Shown: positions 1-10,187 of the stretch, one piece after another
Position numbering within the stretch: position 1 is the stretch's first letter
How the letters are laid out: every line of letters starts with the position of its first letter
Assembly: GCA_963757595.1 (NCBI GenBank)
Contig: CAVWRX010000005.1
Span: 95,510 to 159,509, forward strand
Reading direction: 5' to 3'
Source: an uncultured Chloroflexia bacterium
GTDB lineage: Bacteria; Chloroflexota; Limnocylindria; Limnocylindrales; CSP1-4
Length of the DNA: 64,000 nt
The notes under the pieces: model-generated
The model's database searches: none
Seen by the model: the letters and a program-made list of their open reading frames with translations, nothing else
What the model was told of the DNA's origin: nothing
Translations under genes and position numbers: made by a program

Positions 1-176
1 TCGGCGAGCTGATCCGGCGCATCGAGCACCGCTTCGACGCGTGGCGGCCGGCGATCCATTGAGGGCGCCTGCGCGAGCGATTGCCATTGGGTCGCGCCCA
101 AGCGAATGACGCAATGGATGAAATCTCGGCGGCGCTCGGAGCCGCCGGCGAAGCGGCCAATCGGGGGTCGAGTCGG

Positions 177-911
177 CTAGCGCGGACGCCGGTCCGAGCC
201 CGCCCGCTCGCGCGCCTCAGCTTCGCGGAGAAATCGCCGGATCAGGACTGCAACGCGCTGGTAGTGGCTCGCCAGCTGGCCCACCGCGCGATCGGCGTCC
301 CCCATCTTGACCGCTTCCCAGAAGCGATCGTGATGGGACGGCGCGTGCTGCAGGGTGGGCCATCGAAGGGATCGGGCGACTTCCTGCCGCAGGCGAGCGA
401 TCAGGCCCACCAGGCGCGGACGGCCGCTCACGGAGTACAGGCGGATGTAGAACCGCTCGCGTGCGGCCAGCTGCTCATCGGGCGAGGTGGCATTCGTCAT
501 CGTCAGGAACAGGCCGTCCAGCTCCTCGATGTCCTCATCGGTGAGGAGCGGCATCGCGACGCGAACGGCGTGACCCTCCAGGACGACGCGGAGGTCGTAC
601 ACCTCCTCGACATCGTCCGCATCGAGCTCGGTAACCGAGAACCCGCGATTCGGCTCGGACGTGACGAGGCCTTCGTACTCCAATGCCCTGAGGGCCTCGC
701 GGACGGGGATCCTGCTCGTTCCAAAGCGCTCTGCGAGGTCTTCCTGCCGAAGCCGGGATCCGGGGCTCAGAACGCCGGCCAGGATTGCCTCGCGGAGCGA
801 GGTCAGCACGAGGTCCTGCGCTGTGACGTTCGATGCTCGGGCTGCGGCGATGATCTGCTCCAGGTGGGCCGAACCGCCTGAGCCGTCTCCCGATCCCTGA
901 CCGTCGATCAT
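177..911 (-). CDS. GntR family transcriptional regulator (FCD domain)
   Basis: wHTH LREAILAGVLSPGSRLRQEDLAERFGTSRIPVREAL followed by an FCD-like C-terminal domain. Confidence 0.92.
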   Translation of the reverse strand: MIDGQGSGDGSGGSAHLEQIIAAARASNVTAQDLVLTSLREAILAGVLSPGSRLRQEDLAERFGTSRIPVREALRALEYEGLVTSEPNRGFSVTELDADDVEEVYDLRVVLEGHAVRVAMPLLTDEDIEELDGLFLTMTNATSPDEQLAARERFYIRLYSVSGRPRLVGLIARLRQEVARSLRWPTLQHAPSHHDRFWEAVKMGDADRAVGQLASHYQRVAVLIRRFLREAEARERAGSDRRPR

Positions 912-2551
912 CCCGTTACTCCATCCAATCCGTGTACGAACCGGCCGTCGATCATCGTGGCGACCAGTTCTGGTTCCGACGCCTCCTCGATGGTACGCGC
1001 CAGCGGATCACGATCAAGGACGATCAGGTCAGCGGCGTTACCCACCGCGAGCTCGCCGATCCTCGTCTCCCCTGCGAGCCGATGCGGAAGCGTCGTCCAA
1101 CCCTCCCACGCCGCCCGAACGTCCACCGCCTGGCCACGTCCGACAGGCCCATCGATCGCATGCCGATCGACGGCCGCGCGGATCGCCGCGAGCGGTGCCT
1201 GGGGTCCGCTCGGGACGTCCGAGTTGTGGATCGTCGGGATTCCGAGGGCTGCGGCATCGGCAAGCGGGAGGATGCGCTCGATCCGGTCGGCCGCCAGGCA
1301 ACGCTCCCAATCGGCAGCATAGGCGCCCAGGAACCCGGGCTGGACCGACCATACGACCCCCAGGTCCCGCATCCGCCGGAGACGCGTGCCGTCGAGGCCA
1401 AGGTGGGCGTGCTCCAGGCGGTACGGACGCCCGAGCGCCGGGCCGGCTGCGGCGAACGCATCCAGGGCGGCGTCGATCGCGCGGTCGCCGACGGCATGGA
1501 TGGCGAGCGCCAGCCCGTGACGGTTGGCGGCCGAGGCCAGCCGCTGGAGCTCGTCGGGCTCGATCCGCATGATGCCGAAGTTGTCCGGCTCGTCCAGATA
1601 CGCCTCGTGCACGGCTGCGTTTCGGAAGATGCACCAGCCGTCGACGCTGATCTTGGCGCCGAGCACTCGCAACCAGTCATCGCCGAAGCCCTGGCGGATC
1701 CCCAGTGACGTCAGGTGATCGAGGTGGATCGGCGCCTCGTGGATCCGGTAGTAGAGGCGAACGCGAACATTGAGTTCATTGGACGCCCGGAGTGCCGAGA
1801 AGTCGTCCGCCTCCTCGGGCAAACGGACCATCTCGTGGATCGTCGTGATGCCCAGCCGGTGGAGATCCCCGAAACCCGCCCGCACCGCGGCCTGGCGTTC
1901 GCCGGCAGATGGACTGGGCACCACCGTGTCGGGAGCCGACTGGTCGAGGCGCAGCTTTGCCCGCTCGTGGAGGATCCCCGTCGGCTCGCCATTCTTGTCA
2001 TGCTCTATGCGCCCTCCGGGCGGATCGAGCGTCGCCCGGTCGATCCCGGCCGCGGCAAGGGCCCGACTGTTGGCCACGACGACGTGCTTCCCGATCCCGC
2101 GCAGAACCACGGGATGGCCTGGAGCGGCCCGGTCAAGTTCACGCCGGTTCGGGAGCCGGCCTTCGGCCAGGCGCGCCGCCGTCAGCGAGTCTCCCTGGAT
2201 CCAGGCTCCCGGCGGCAGCTCGGCGGCTCGGCGGCCAACGTGTCTAACGACGTCATCGATCGAACGCGGTGCCAGGACCTCGAAATCGAGGTAGAGCCGG
2301 CGCACGATCGCCGCGCGATGAAAGTGGGTGTGGCTGTCCACGAACGCGGGCAGGGCCGCCCGGCCGGCAAGATCGATGATCGTGGTCGCGGGCCCGGCGA
2401 GCGATTCGATGTCGGTCCGCGAGCCAGAGGCGACGATGGACCCTCCGGCGATGGCAATGGCCTCGACTGGGCCGCCGCCATCGATCGCCTGGCGGATTGG
2501 ACCACCCAGCAGGAGCGTCTCCGGAGGGCGGAATCGAACGCCGATCGGCAC
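908..2551 (-). CDS. Amidohydrolase 3 (YtcJ-like) metal-dependent hydrolase
   Basis: PAFVDSHTH, IHAVGDRA, RLEHA motifs; start placed at GTG 2551 within ORF 908..2719. Confidence 0.88.
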   Translation of the reverse strand: MPIGVRFRPPETLLLGGPIRQAIDGGGPVEAIAIAGGSIVASGSRTDIESLAGPATTIIDLAGRAALPAFVDSHTHFHRAAIVRRLYLDFEVLAPRSIDDVVRHVGRRAAELPPGAWIQGDSLTAARLAEGRLPNRRELDRAAPGHPVVLRGIGKHVVVANSRALAAAGIDRATLDPPGGRIEHDKNGEPTGILHERAKLRLDQSAPDTVVPSPSAGERQAAVRAGFGDLHRLGITTIHEMVRLPEEADDFSALRASNELNVRVRLYYRIHEAPIHLDHLTSLGIRQGFGDDWLRVLGAKISVDGWCIFRNAAVHEAYLDEPDNFGIMRIEPDELQRLASAANRHGLALAIHAVGDRAIDAALDAFAAAGPALGRPYRLEHAHLGLDGTRLRRMRDLGVVWSVQPGFLGAYAADWERCLAADRIERILPLADAAALGIPTIHNSDVPSGPQAPLAAIRAAVDRHAIDGPVGRGQAVDVRAAWEGWTTLPHRLAGETRIGELAVGNAADLIVLDRDPLARTIEEASEPELVATMIDGRFVHGLDGVTG

Positions 2552-2688
2552 CCGTAGAATGTACGCAATCAAGGGCAAATTGTCGAGGATCGTGGTCGTG
2601 ATGGACACAGACTGGCCCGCCCCGCCACTCGCCGGACACCGGACGACGTCGCCGTGCGACCGACCCGCCGGGGCGGAGCCGATCGTGC

Positions 2689-4008
2689 TTGAACGTGGCA
2701 GGTAACCGTCTCGGCCCATTCCGGCATCGGGCCTTCGGCGTCTATTGGATCGGCGGGTTCGCCTCGAACATCGGCACCTGGCTCCAGACGGTTGCCGCCT
2801 CGGTCTTCGTCTTCCAGTTGACGGGGTCCGCGCTCGACGTCGGAATCCTGAACTTCGTGTCGTTTCTTCCGATCTTCCTGTTCTCGATCATTGGTGGTGT
2901 CGTCGGTGATCGGTTCGATCGTCGGTTGGTGGTAGTCGCAACCCATTCCGTCTCGGGCGTCCTGGCGACGATCCTGGCCATCGTGTCGTTGACCGGTATA
3001 GCCGGCGAGCTCCACGTCATCGTCATCGCCTTCGCCCTCAACACGTCCTACGCCGTCGCCAAGCCGGCCCTCGTTTCCCTCCTCCCATCGCTCGTGCCAC
3101 GCGACGAGGTCACCGAGGCGGTCGGCGTGAACACGCTCCAGTTCGTCACGGGACAGATGATCGGGCCAGTGCTCGCAACGATCGTCATCGCGACCGCGGG
3201 CGTGCCGTGGGCCTTCGTCCTGAATGCACTGAGCTATCTCGGGCCGATCATCGCCATGGCCTACCTTGCCCACCGCGGACTCGGCGGCGTCGCGCGCTTC
3301 AACGCCGTGGTGGTCGTGGACGCCAACTCGGGAGCGCCCGCACCGGGTGACCTCCTCCCGGCCGTGGAGCGATCGCACGCAGCCGGCGACACCGTGACGG
3401 CATCGACGATCAGTGCGACCGAATACGTCCGCCAGCAGGGCTGGGTGCTCGCGCTGCTGCTCGGGGTGATCGCGTGCAGCGCGCCACTGGAGGTCCTGAG
3501 AACGTTGTCGCCGGCGATCGCCCAGTCGCTCGGCCAACCCGACAGCGCGGCGGGCCTGATCGTGGCGGCCCAGAGCGCCGGGTCGGCCCTTGCCCTGCTG
3601 GCCTTCATCCCGCTCCGTCGGTCCGGACGCTCGAACGACGTTGCCCGGCTCGGATTGGCGATCCAGGCGGTCGGACTCGTCGGCGCGTTCGCGGCCGGGG
3701 AGCTCTGGATGGAGGGGATCGCGGTTGGTTGCGTGGGGTTCGGCTTCTCGCTCTGCTTCCCGGTTCTCACAGGCGCGCTGCAGGCCGACGTGCCGGACGC
3801 GGTACGGGGGCGAATCATGGCCTTCCACCAGATGTCGCACCTTGGGAACCGACCGTTCGCGGCTCTCGCCGCCGGATCAGCCGCGGCGATCGTCGGTGCT
3901 CAGCCGGCCATCCTCATCGCCCTTGTCCTCCCCCCGGTTGGGCTCCTCGCTACGCGCCGGGCATGGCGTCTGCTGCGGGTCGCCCAGACCCGGATGGCGA
4001 TGGGATAG
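2689..4008 (+). CDS. MFS transporter
   Basis: About 12 hydrophobic segments; GGVVGDRFDRR motif A. Confidence 0.9.
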   Translation: MNVAGNRLGPFRHRAFGVYWIGGFASNIGTWLQTVAASVFVFQLTGSALDVGILNFVSFLPIFLFSIIGGVVGDRFDRRLVVVATHSVSGVLATILAIVSLTGIAGELHVIVIAFALNTSYAVAKPALVSLLPSLVPRDEVTEAVGVNTLQFVTGQMIGPVLATIVIATAGVPWAFVLNALSYLGPIIAMAYLAHRGLGGVARFNAVVVVDANSGAPAPGDLLPAVERSHAAGDTVTASTISATEYVRQQGWVLALLLGVIACSAPLEVLRTLSPAIAQSLGQPDSAAGLIVAAQSAGSALALLAFIPLRRSGRSNDVARLGLAIQAVGLVGAFAAGELWMEGIAVGCVGFGFSLCFPVLTGALQADVPDAVRGRIMAFHQMSHLGNRPFAALAAGSAAAIVGAQPAILIALVLPPVGLLATRRAWRLLRVAQTRMAMG

Positions 4009-4068
4009 GCGCAAACGAGCGGTCTCCGCCCCGGGACCGCCATTCCAGCTGCCCGGAGCCCGGAGCGT

Positions 4069-5564
4069 TCATGCGTGGCGCACGCGGAGATTGACCGCCT
4101 TGACCCGGGTGAACGACAGGATCTCATCGAGCCCGTGCTCGCTGCCGACGCCGGAGTCGCCCCAACCGCCGAATGGCACGGCCGGAAAACGGGTCTCGAC
4201 GTCGTTGATCCAGATGTAGCCGGCGTCGATCCCGTCTGCGAGCCGAAAGGCGCGGTCGATGTCCTGGCTCCATACCGCTGCGGTCAGCCCATACGGCCCG
4301 GCATTCGCCAGGGCGACCGCCTCGGCTTCGGTCTCGCCACGTCATCGCCGCCAGGACCGGACCGAACACCTCCTCGTCCGCGAGTCGTGACCCCGGGCGA
4401 CCCGGTCAACGACCGTCGGCGTCGAGGAATGCACCGCGGCCGAGTTCCGGATCGGGCGGGGCGGATCCACCGGCCCGGAGCCGCGCCCCGTTGGCGACCG
4501 CCTCGCGGACGACGATCGACGCACCGGTCCCGGGCTGCGGTGGTGATCATGGAGCCCATCTCGGTCCCCTCGGCCTGCGGCATCCCGATCCGGATCCTTC
4601 CGGCCAGATCGGCGACGCGGTCCAGGACGTCGTTCGCGATCGACTCGTGGATGACAAGCCGGCTTGTCGAGCCGCAGCTCTGACCCTGCACCCGGGTGAA
4701 GTTCATGCCCCGGACGATGGCGCCGGCCACCTCGTCGAGATCAACGTCAGGGAACACGACGATCGGGTTCTTTCCGCCAAGCTCGAACGTGATCGTCTTC
4801 ATGCGTCCGCTTGCCGCGGCCGATGCCTGGATCCGCAGCGCCGTGGCCGTGCTGCCGGTGAACGAAAGGCGGCCGATCGCCGGATGGCGGACGAGCGCGT
4901 CGCCGGTGGCGGGCCCGCCCACGACGACGGAGACGAGGCCGTCGGGGAGGAGGCCCGTCGTCAGCTCGGCAAGCGCGAGCGTGGCAAGCGGGGCGAGCTC
5001 GGACGGCTTGAGGATCACGGCGTTGCCTGCGACGAGCGCCGGCCCCAACCGGGCGCAGGCGAACATGACGGGATGGTTGAAGGTGATCATCCGACCGACG
5101 ACGCCCCAGGGCTCACGCGTCGTGTAATGGAGGCCCGGCAGCGGGAACGTCTGGCCCTTCGCCTCGAGGGCGAGGCCCGCCGAATCCCCCATGAGGCGAA
5201 CGCCCTTGTCGACGTCGGCCCGCATCGCAGTCAGAGGGTTGCCCGTGTCCAGGCTGTCGAGCCGGGCGAGGGCGTCGGCGTGATCGGCGATCCGGCGGGC
5301 TAGCTCACCCACGAGCGCGCCGCGCTCGCGAGCCGGTACGCGACGCCAGGAATTGAAGGCCGCGGTTCCGGCTTCGACCGCGGCGCCGACACCGGTGGCT
5401 CCCGCTTCCACGATCCGGGCGATGGGAGTGCCGGTCGCGGGGTCCCGGACCTCGATCCGGTCGGCGCCGTCATGACCCGGCCGCTCTTCCACGTGACCGC
5501 CGATGAACGAACCGAGGACCGGGGCGTCCCCGGTGTCCGCATCGAGGAGTCGGTCGCTGATCAT
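4069..5564 (-). CDS. Aldehyde dehydrogenase (frameshifted near the 3' end)
   Basis: LKPSE, FTGS, ELGGKNP, QGQSCGS catalytic Cys; C-terminus (FGPVL...PFGG..SG.G.E.G) lies in other frames and ends at TGA 4069. Confidence 0.88.
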
Positions 5565-5624
5565 CGGTACTCCCTGCGCACGTGGGGCGGCCCCGGCAGG
5601 GACCACGCCCCGAGAGCGTCCTTC

Positions 5625-5657
5625 GATTGTATACATCGATAGCGATCTTGCGTACAA
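5625..5657. promoter_or_regulatory. Putative GntR operator pair (TTGTATACAT, TTGCGTACAA) in the divergent ALDH/ferredoxin promoter
   Basis: AT-rich near-palindromes in a GC-rich background; similar boxes at 2560-2568 and 10729-10776. Confidence 0.55.
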
Positions 5658-5713
5658 TCAATGCAGGCGCGCGACTCCGGCCGGGTCCAACGACGCCACG
5701 CGCGGAGGGCACG

Positions 5714-5941
5714 ATGACGATCGAGGTCTCGGTCGACCCGGACCTCTGCATCGGGTCGGGAGATTGTGTCCGAATCGCCGGACAGGCGTTTCGGATCGAC
5801 GAGTCGACCGGCGTGTCCGGTCCCCTGGCTGGCGCACGCGACGTGGGCGAGGCCCTGCTGCTCGCGGCCGCCCGAACCTGTCCGACGCAGGCGATCCGGC
5901 TTGTTGCGGCAGACGGCCGCGTCCTGCACGAATCGAACTGA
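5714..5941 (+). CDS. Ferredoxin (P450-associated, 3Fe-4S/4Fe-4S type)
   Basis: CIGSGDC...CP motif; GGAGG SD upstream. Confidence 0.9.
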   Translation: MTIEVSVDPDLCIGSGDCVRIAGQAFRIDESTGVSGPLAGARDVGEALLLAAARTCPTQAIRLVAADGRVLHESN

Positions 5942-5954
5942 CGCGGTTGCCCGC

Positions 5955-7230
5955 ATGACCGACCCGCTGTGCTCACGACCTACCGCGGCCACGGTCACGT
6001 TCGATCGCTTCGAGGACATCCGCGAGGCGCTGTTCAACGGCGATCTGTCGCGCACCTTCGACAAGCGATCCTACGGCGACGGCAACATCCGCGACGGCGT
6101 CGTCAGCATCCAGCCACGGGGCGGTCCATCGAGCGCGTCGCCGGGTCGAGAATACGCAGTTCCGGCCCGAGGACCTCCGACTCTACGAGCACGATCTGTT
6201 TCCGCAGGTCATGAACGAGCTGCTCGACGTGCTCATCGACGCGGAGGAGGTCGAACTCTATGCCGATCGGGGAGATGCTCAGCGTCGTCCTCGCAGGCCG
6301 TCGGGCAGGGATCGAGTTTCGTCCGAATGATCTCGACCAGCTTCGCAGCCTCGTCCACGACGTCGACGTCTTCTCCCAGGGTTCGGCGATCCTCGACGCG
6401 AAGGACCCGGAGGCCGTGCGGGCCATGGTGCGGGCCACGTATGTCGAGTTCGAGCGGGATTTCGTACGTCCCGCGTGGGACCGTCGACTCGAGCTCCTGG
6501 CCAGCGTCGAGGCGGGGAGCTGGCCGCGGACGACCTCCCGCACGACATCCTGACCGTGCTGCTGCTTCACCGCGGCGACGCCCGGCTGGAGCTGGCGGAC
6601 GACGGTCGCGTCGTTCGCGAGGTCGCGACATACCTCCAGGGCGGCACCCATACAAGCGGCCAGACGCTCGTCAATGCCTTCGATTTGATCTTCGGTCAGG
6701 GCGACGATGCCGACGCCATTCTCGAGCGGCTTGCGGCTGACCTGCTCTTCGCACAGCGCGTCGTCCACGAAACGCTTCGCCTCCGGCCGACGACTCCGAA
6801 GATCAAGCGGCGGGCGGAGGTGGAGACGATGGTCGGAGGGCGATCGATCCCGAAGGACGCGCTCGTCGTGCTCGACGCCGCGACGGCGAACCAGGACCCT
6901 CGATTCTTCGGCGAGCTCCCGGATCGATTCCAGCCGGACCGGACCGTTGCCGAAGGCGTGTCGCGCTGGGGCCTGTCCTTCGGCGCCGGTGCCCACCAGT
7001 GCCCTGGCCGATCGGTCGCCGGCGGCTTCCCCGTGCCCGACGCCTTCGAGGTCGACGGCCAGCACATCTTCGGCCTGGTCGCGCTGATGCTCCAGGCAAT
7101 GGCGGTTCGCGGGATTCGTCCCGACCCGACCCGTGCCCCCGAACGCGACACGCGCACCGAGCGCTTCACGCGCTGGCGCCACTACCCCGTCCGGTTCACG
7201 GTGCGCAGGTCGCCGGTCGCTCAGGCCTGA
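5955..7230 (+). CDS. Cytochrome P450 (several frameshifts)
   Basis: ETLR (ExxR), FGAGAHQCPG heme motif, GGTHTS I-helix; N-terminal pieces in other frames. Confidence 0.88.
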
Positions 7231-7294
7231 GCAGGTCGCCAGAACCGGGAGTCCGGAAGGTTCCAGGACGCGCCCGGCCGCGCGCTCGGGATGG

Positions 7295-8122
7295 TCACTG
7301 GTTCCGGGCGGCCCAGTCGAGGAGGATCTCAGCGGATCGCGCCGGGAACTGCCAGAAGAACCCGTGAGAGGCGCCCTCGACAGCGGCCCACTCGGCCCCG
7401 GGAATGTGCGTGCGGAGCCACTCCGAGGCATCCCAGTGAACGCCGGTCCCCGCAACATGGGTATCCCGGTCACCGACCATCACGAGGGTGGGCACGGTCA
7501 GCTCTCCCAACCGGTCCGCGGTCTGGTGCTCCTGGCGCGCCACGACGTGCCGAAGGTAGTCCTCGAGCGACGGGCGATGGTCCCAGAACGCGGCGACGAG
7601 CCACGCGACCACGTCGGACCGACCGTCCACGAATTCAGGCGTGAAGAACGTGGCCTCGATGTGAGCGGCCATGTAGCGCTCGTATCCCTGGTCGATCATC
7701 GCGGCGGCCGTGTGGACAGGAATGCCACGCGTCACGGGCCGGCTGTCCAGAAATTGTCCGGGACCGGTCGCCGCGAGCACGAGTGACCGCGCCATCGCCG
7801 GGTGATCGAGGACCAGCCACTGCGCAACCCGCCCACCCATCGAGTGCCCGACGATGTGAGCTGGTCCGAGGCCTGCGGCGGCCACGACCGCAGCCGCGTC
7901 GGCGGCGAACACGCGCGTCGAATACGGGGAGGTCGTGGTCGGCGTCGCGCCGGTGCCGCGATGGTCGAACGTGATCACCGAATGGCGCCTGGCGAGCGGC
8001 TCGAGGAGCTCGGGCGGCCACGTCGCGGCGGGATACCCCGTCCCGGCGATCAGCAGGAGCGGAACACCGTTGCCCGCGACATCGTAGGCAATGGGGCACC
8101 CATCCGAGTCGACAATTGGCAT
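7295..8122 (-). CDS. Alpha/beta fold hydrolase
   Basis: FDHRGTG, GHSMGG nucleophile elbow, C-terminal His (ASHG). Confidence 0.92.
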   Translation of the reverse strand: MPIVDSDGCPIAYDVAGNGVPLLLIAGTGYPAATWPPELLEPLARRHSVITFDHRGTGATPTTTSPYSTRVFAADAAAVVAAAGLGPAHIVGHSMGGRVAQWLVLDHPAMARSLVLAATGPGQFLDSRPVTRGIPVHTAAAMIDQGYERYMAAHIEATFFTPEFVDGRSDVVAWLVAAFWDHRPSLEDYLRHVVARQEHQTADRLGELTVPTLVMVGDRDTHVAGTGVHWDASEWLRTHIPGAEWAAVEGASHGFFWQFPARSAEILLDWAARNQ

Positions 8123-9027
8123 CAGGCAGGCTGATCCATTGGCGTGCGCGGACCGCTCGACCGCGTGCCGTTCATCGCCGCCGCCCGGATCGCGATGAAG
8201 GCGGTCTCCGGGTCTTCGAGCCGGGGTCGCTCCTTCCCGAGGGTCCCGGCCGCGCGGAGCAGCAGCCGGTCGGTCCGCTGGAGCAGGTCGGCCTTCAGGA
8301 CTGGATCGAGGTGGCGCCCTTGCCTCACGAACGTCTCGAGTCCCTCTGGATCCGTGTCGATCACATCGTCGCGCCCCTGGCGTTGAGCGGCCGCGAACGC
8401 GACCAGGCGCGCCGCGACGTCCGCGTGTGACCTCCGGACATCCGGGAACGAGAGAAGGCGTACGAGCGAAGGTCTCGCCGCGATCTCGCGAACGATCTCC
8501 ATCGTGTCGCCGCCGAGGGCATGACGTCGTTCCGCCGGGTCGAGGGGCACTCCGTTGTTGAGTCGCGAGAACAGCTCCTCGATGTCGACCTCCGTCGCGT
8601 CCTGGATGAGGACGACCGCGAGGAACGTCCCGAGCAGCGCCGCCTGCCAGGTGGGACCGAAGCCGGAGAAGGATCGGCCGGCGCACGGGGCCGCGGCAGT
8701 CTCGTCACCCTGACCGGCGAGGCCGTTCGACCCTTCAAGGAGGAAGTCGTCAGCAAGGGCGAAGCCGTCGTCGAGGAACTGCCAGATCGCCGTGAGGCGC
8801 TGCTTCCCGTCGACGACCGCGTAGACCTTCCGCGGGTCGGTGCCGCGGAGGTCGTGCAGATAGATCTTCGGGACGTCATAGCCATTCACCAGCGAGTCGA
8901 TGAATCGCTGGCGCTGGCCAAGCGTCCACAGGTCGCCCGCTCGCTGGTAGCGCGGCGCGTCGTCGATGGAGCTTCGCCAGGCGCGTGCCTTGGCTACCGT
9001 GAAGTCCGGCGCCGGAACGCAGCGCAT
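8122..9027 (-). CDS. DUF262 (GmrS/ParB-Srx-like) domain protein
   Basis: PRYQR..W....FIDSL..GY.VP.IYL, VVDGKQRL, LFSRLNNG.PL motifs; start uncertain. Confidence 0.82.
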   Translation of the reverse strand: MRCVPAPDFTVAKARAWRSSIDDAPRYQRAGDLWTLGQRQRFIDSLVNGYDVPKIYLHDLRGTDPRKVYAVVDGKQRLTAIWQFLDDGFALADDFLLEGSNGLAGQGDETAAAPCAGRSFSGFGPTWQAALLGTFLAVVLIQDATEVDIEELFSRLNNGVPLDPAERRHALGGDTMEIVREIAARPSLVRLLSFPDVRRSHADVAARLVAFAAAQRQGRDDVIDTDPEGLETFVRQGRHLDPVLKADLLQRTDRLLLRAAGTLGKERPRLEDPETAFIAIRAAAMNGTRSSGPRTPMDQPA

Positions 9028-9064
9028 CAGGCGTGGGATCTGCGACGCCAGGCTCGGCCGCCGA

Positions 9065-10156
9065 TCAAGGGCGCGGGACCGAGGTTTCGCGATGTTCGAC
9101 CTTGAAGTAGCCCGGCCAGAGCTGCTCGTAGAAGTACCGGATCCCGTACTCGATCCGAAGCGTTCTCGTCCGGCCGTCCGACGGATTGAAATGCTCGTGG
9201 CGCGTCATCTTCGGCGGGATCTGGACCGCATCGCCGGCTTCCCAGTCGTAGTGGATGCCGTCAATCTCCGAGAACCCGATCCCGTCGAGGACGTAGAGCA
9301 CGGCTTCCGTGTGCGTGTGGTCGTGGCTCGAGGTATGCGGTACCTCCTCGAAGATCTGCGTCATCGCCACGGTGATCGCCGTGAACCCGTTGCGATGCTC
9401 GCTGGCGCTCTCGCCACCTCCCATGAGGTTGTAGACCGCCCCGTGGCGGTGGGGATGGTTGCTCTTGATCAACCGCTCGGGCGGATGCGTCACCGACGCG
9501 GCTGCGGCCTCATTGCCGTCGCCGTGGGTGCCAGCGCCGTGGCGATCGTTGCCCCCTGACCGCATCCGATCCGCCTCGTTCGGCGCGTCCTCGATGTGGA
9601 GGACAATCCGCCGGCCCCGCCCGTCGAACTGGCCGTCCTCCGCCGGCGCGCGGTCGACGAACCCGGGGCCGTTCTCGCCCCTGACCTCGAGCTGCTCGAG
9701 CCGACCGAGCCGAACGAAGAGATCGAGATCCATCGTCGATGCCGAGACGTAGGCAAGCTCCGTGGTGCCCGTGTTCACGAGCTGGTGGTCATCCATGTAC
9801 GGAACGTGAATGGTCGTCCCGGCGTGGATGTCGTAGCGGCGCCCGCCGACGAGCACGAAACCCTCTCCGCCAAGAACGTGGATCGCCTCCTCGCCGTGTC
9901 GATGGCGGCCCGTGTGATGACCGGCCGGGATCGTCGCCCTGCAGAGGTTCGTCCCGTTCGTCGGAAAGCCGACCTGCTCGCCGATGAGCATGGCTACCCG
10001 GAAGTCCTGCGGCGTCTCGATCCAGACGAGATCGCGGCCGCGGGCGACGATCGGCGAGCGCTCGACCAGCATGGCGTTCCGGTCGCTTGCGGCCAGCCAG
10101 TCGGAATAGAAGTCGGCTCGCTCGATCCGGCCGACCGTGCGCCAGGCCTCGGTCAT
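9065..10156 (-). CDS. Bicupin protein (gentisate 1,2-dioxygenase-like)
   Basis: Two cupin motifs: HRHGEEAIH...H and HTHTEAVLY...HEHFN; GGGAGGAG SD. Confidence 0.8.
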   Translation of the reverse strand: MTEAWRTVGRIERADFYSDWLAASDRNAMLVERSPIVARGRDLVWIETPQDFRVAMLIGEQVGFPTNGTNLCRATIPAGHHTGRHRHGEEAIHVLGGEGFVLVGGRRYDIHAGTTIHVPYMDDHQLVNTGTTELAYVSASTMDLDLFVRLGRLEQLEVRGENGPGFVDRAPAEDGQFDGRGRRIVLHIEDAPNEADRMRSGGNDRHGAGTHGDGNEAAAASVTHPPERLIKSNHPHRHGAVYNLMGGGESASEHRNGFTAITVAMTQIFEEVPHTSSHDHTHTEAVLYVLDGIGFSEIDGIHYDWEAGDAVQIPPKMTRHEHFNPSDGRTRTLRIEYGIRYFYEQLWPGYFKVEHRETSVPRP

Positions 10157-10187
10157 CGACTCCTCCCGCGTCGTTTCCGGTCGACGA

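Noticed and set aside
1-62. 3' end of an upstream gene (..ELIRRIEHRFDAWRPAIH*)
   Set aside because: Too short to assign a product.
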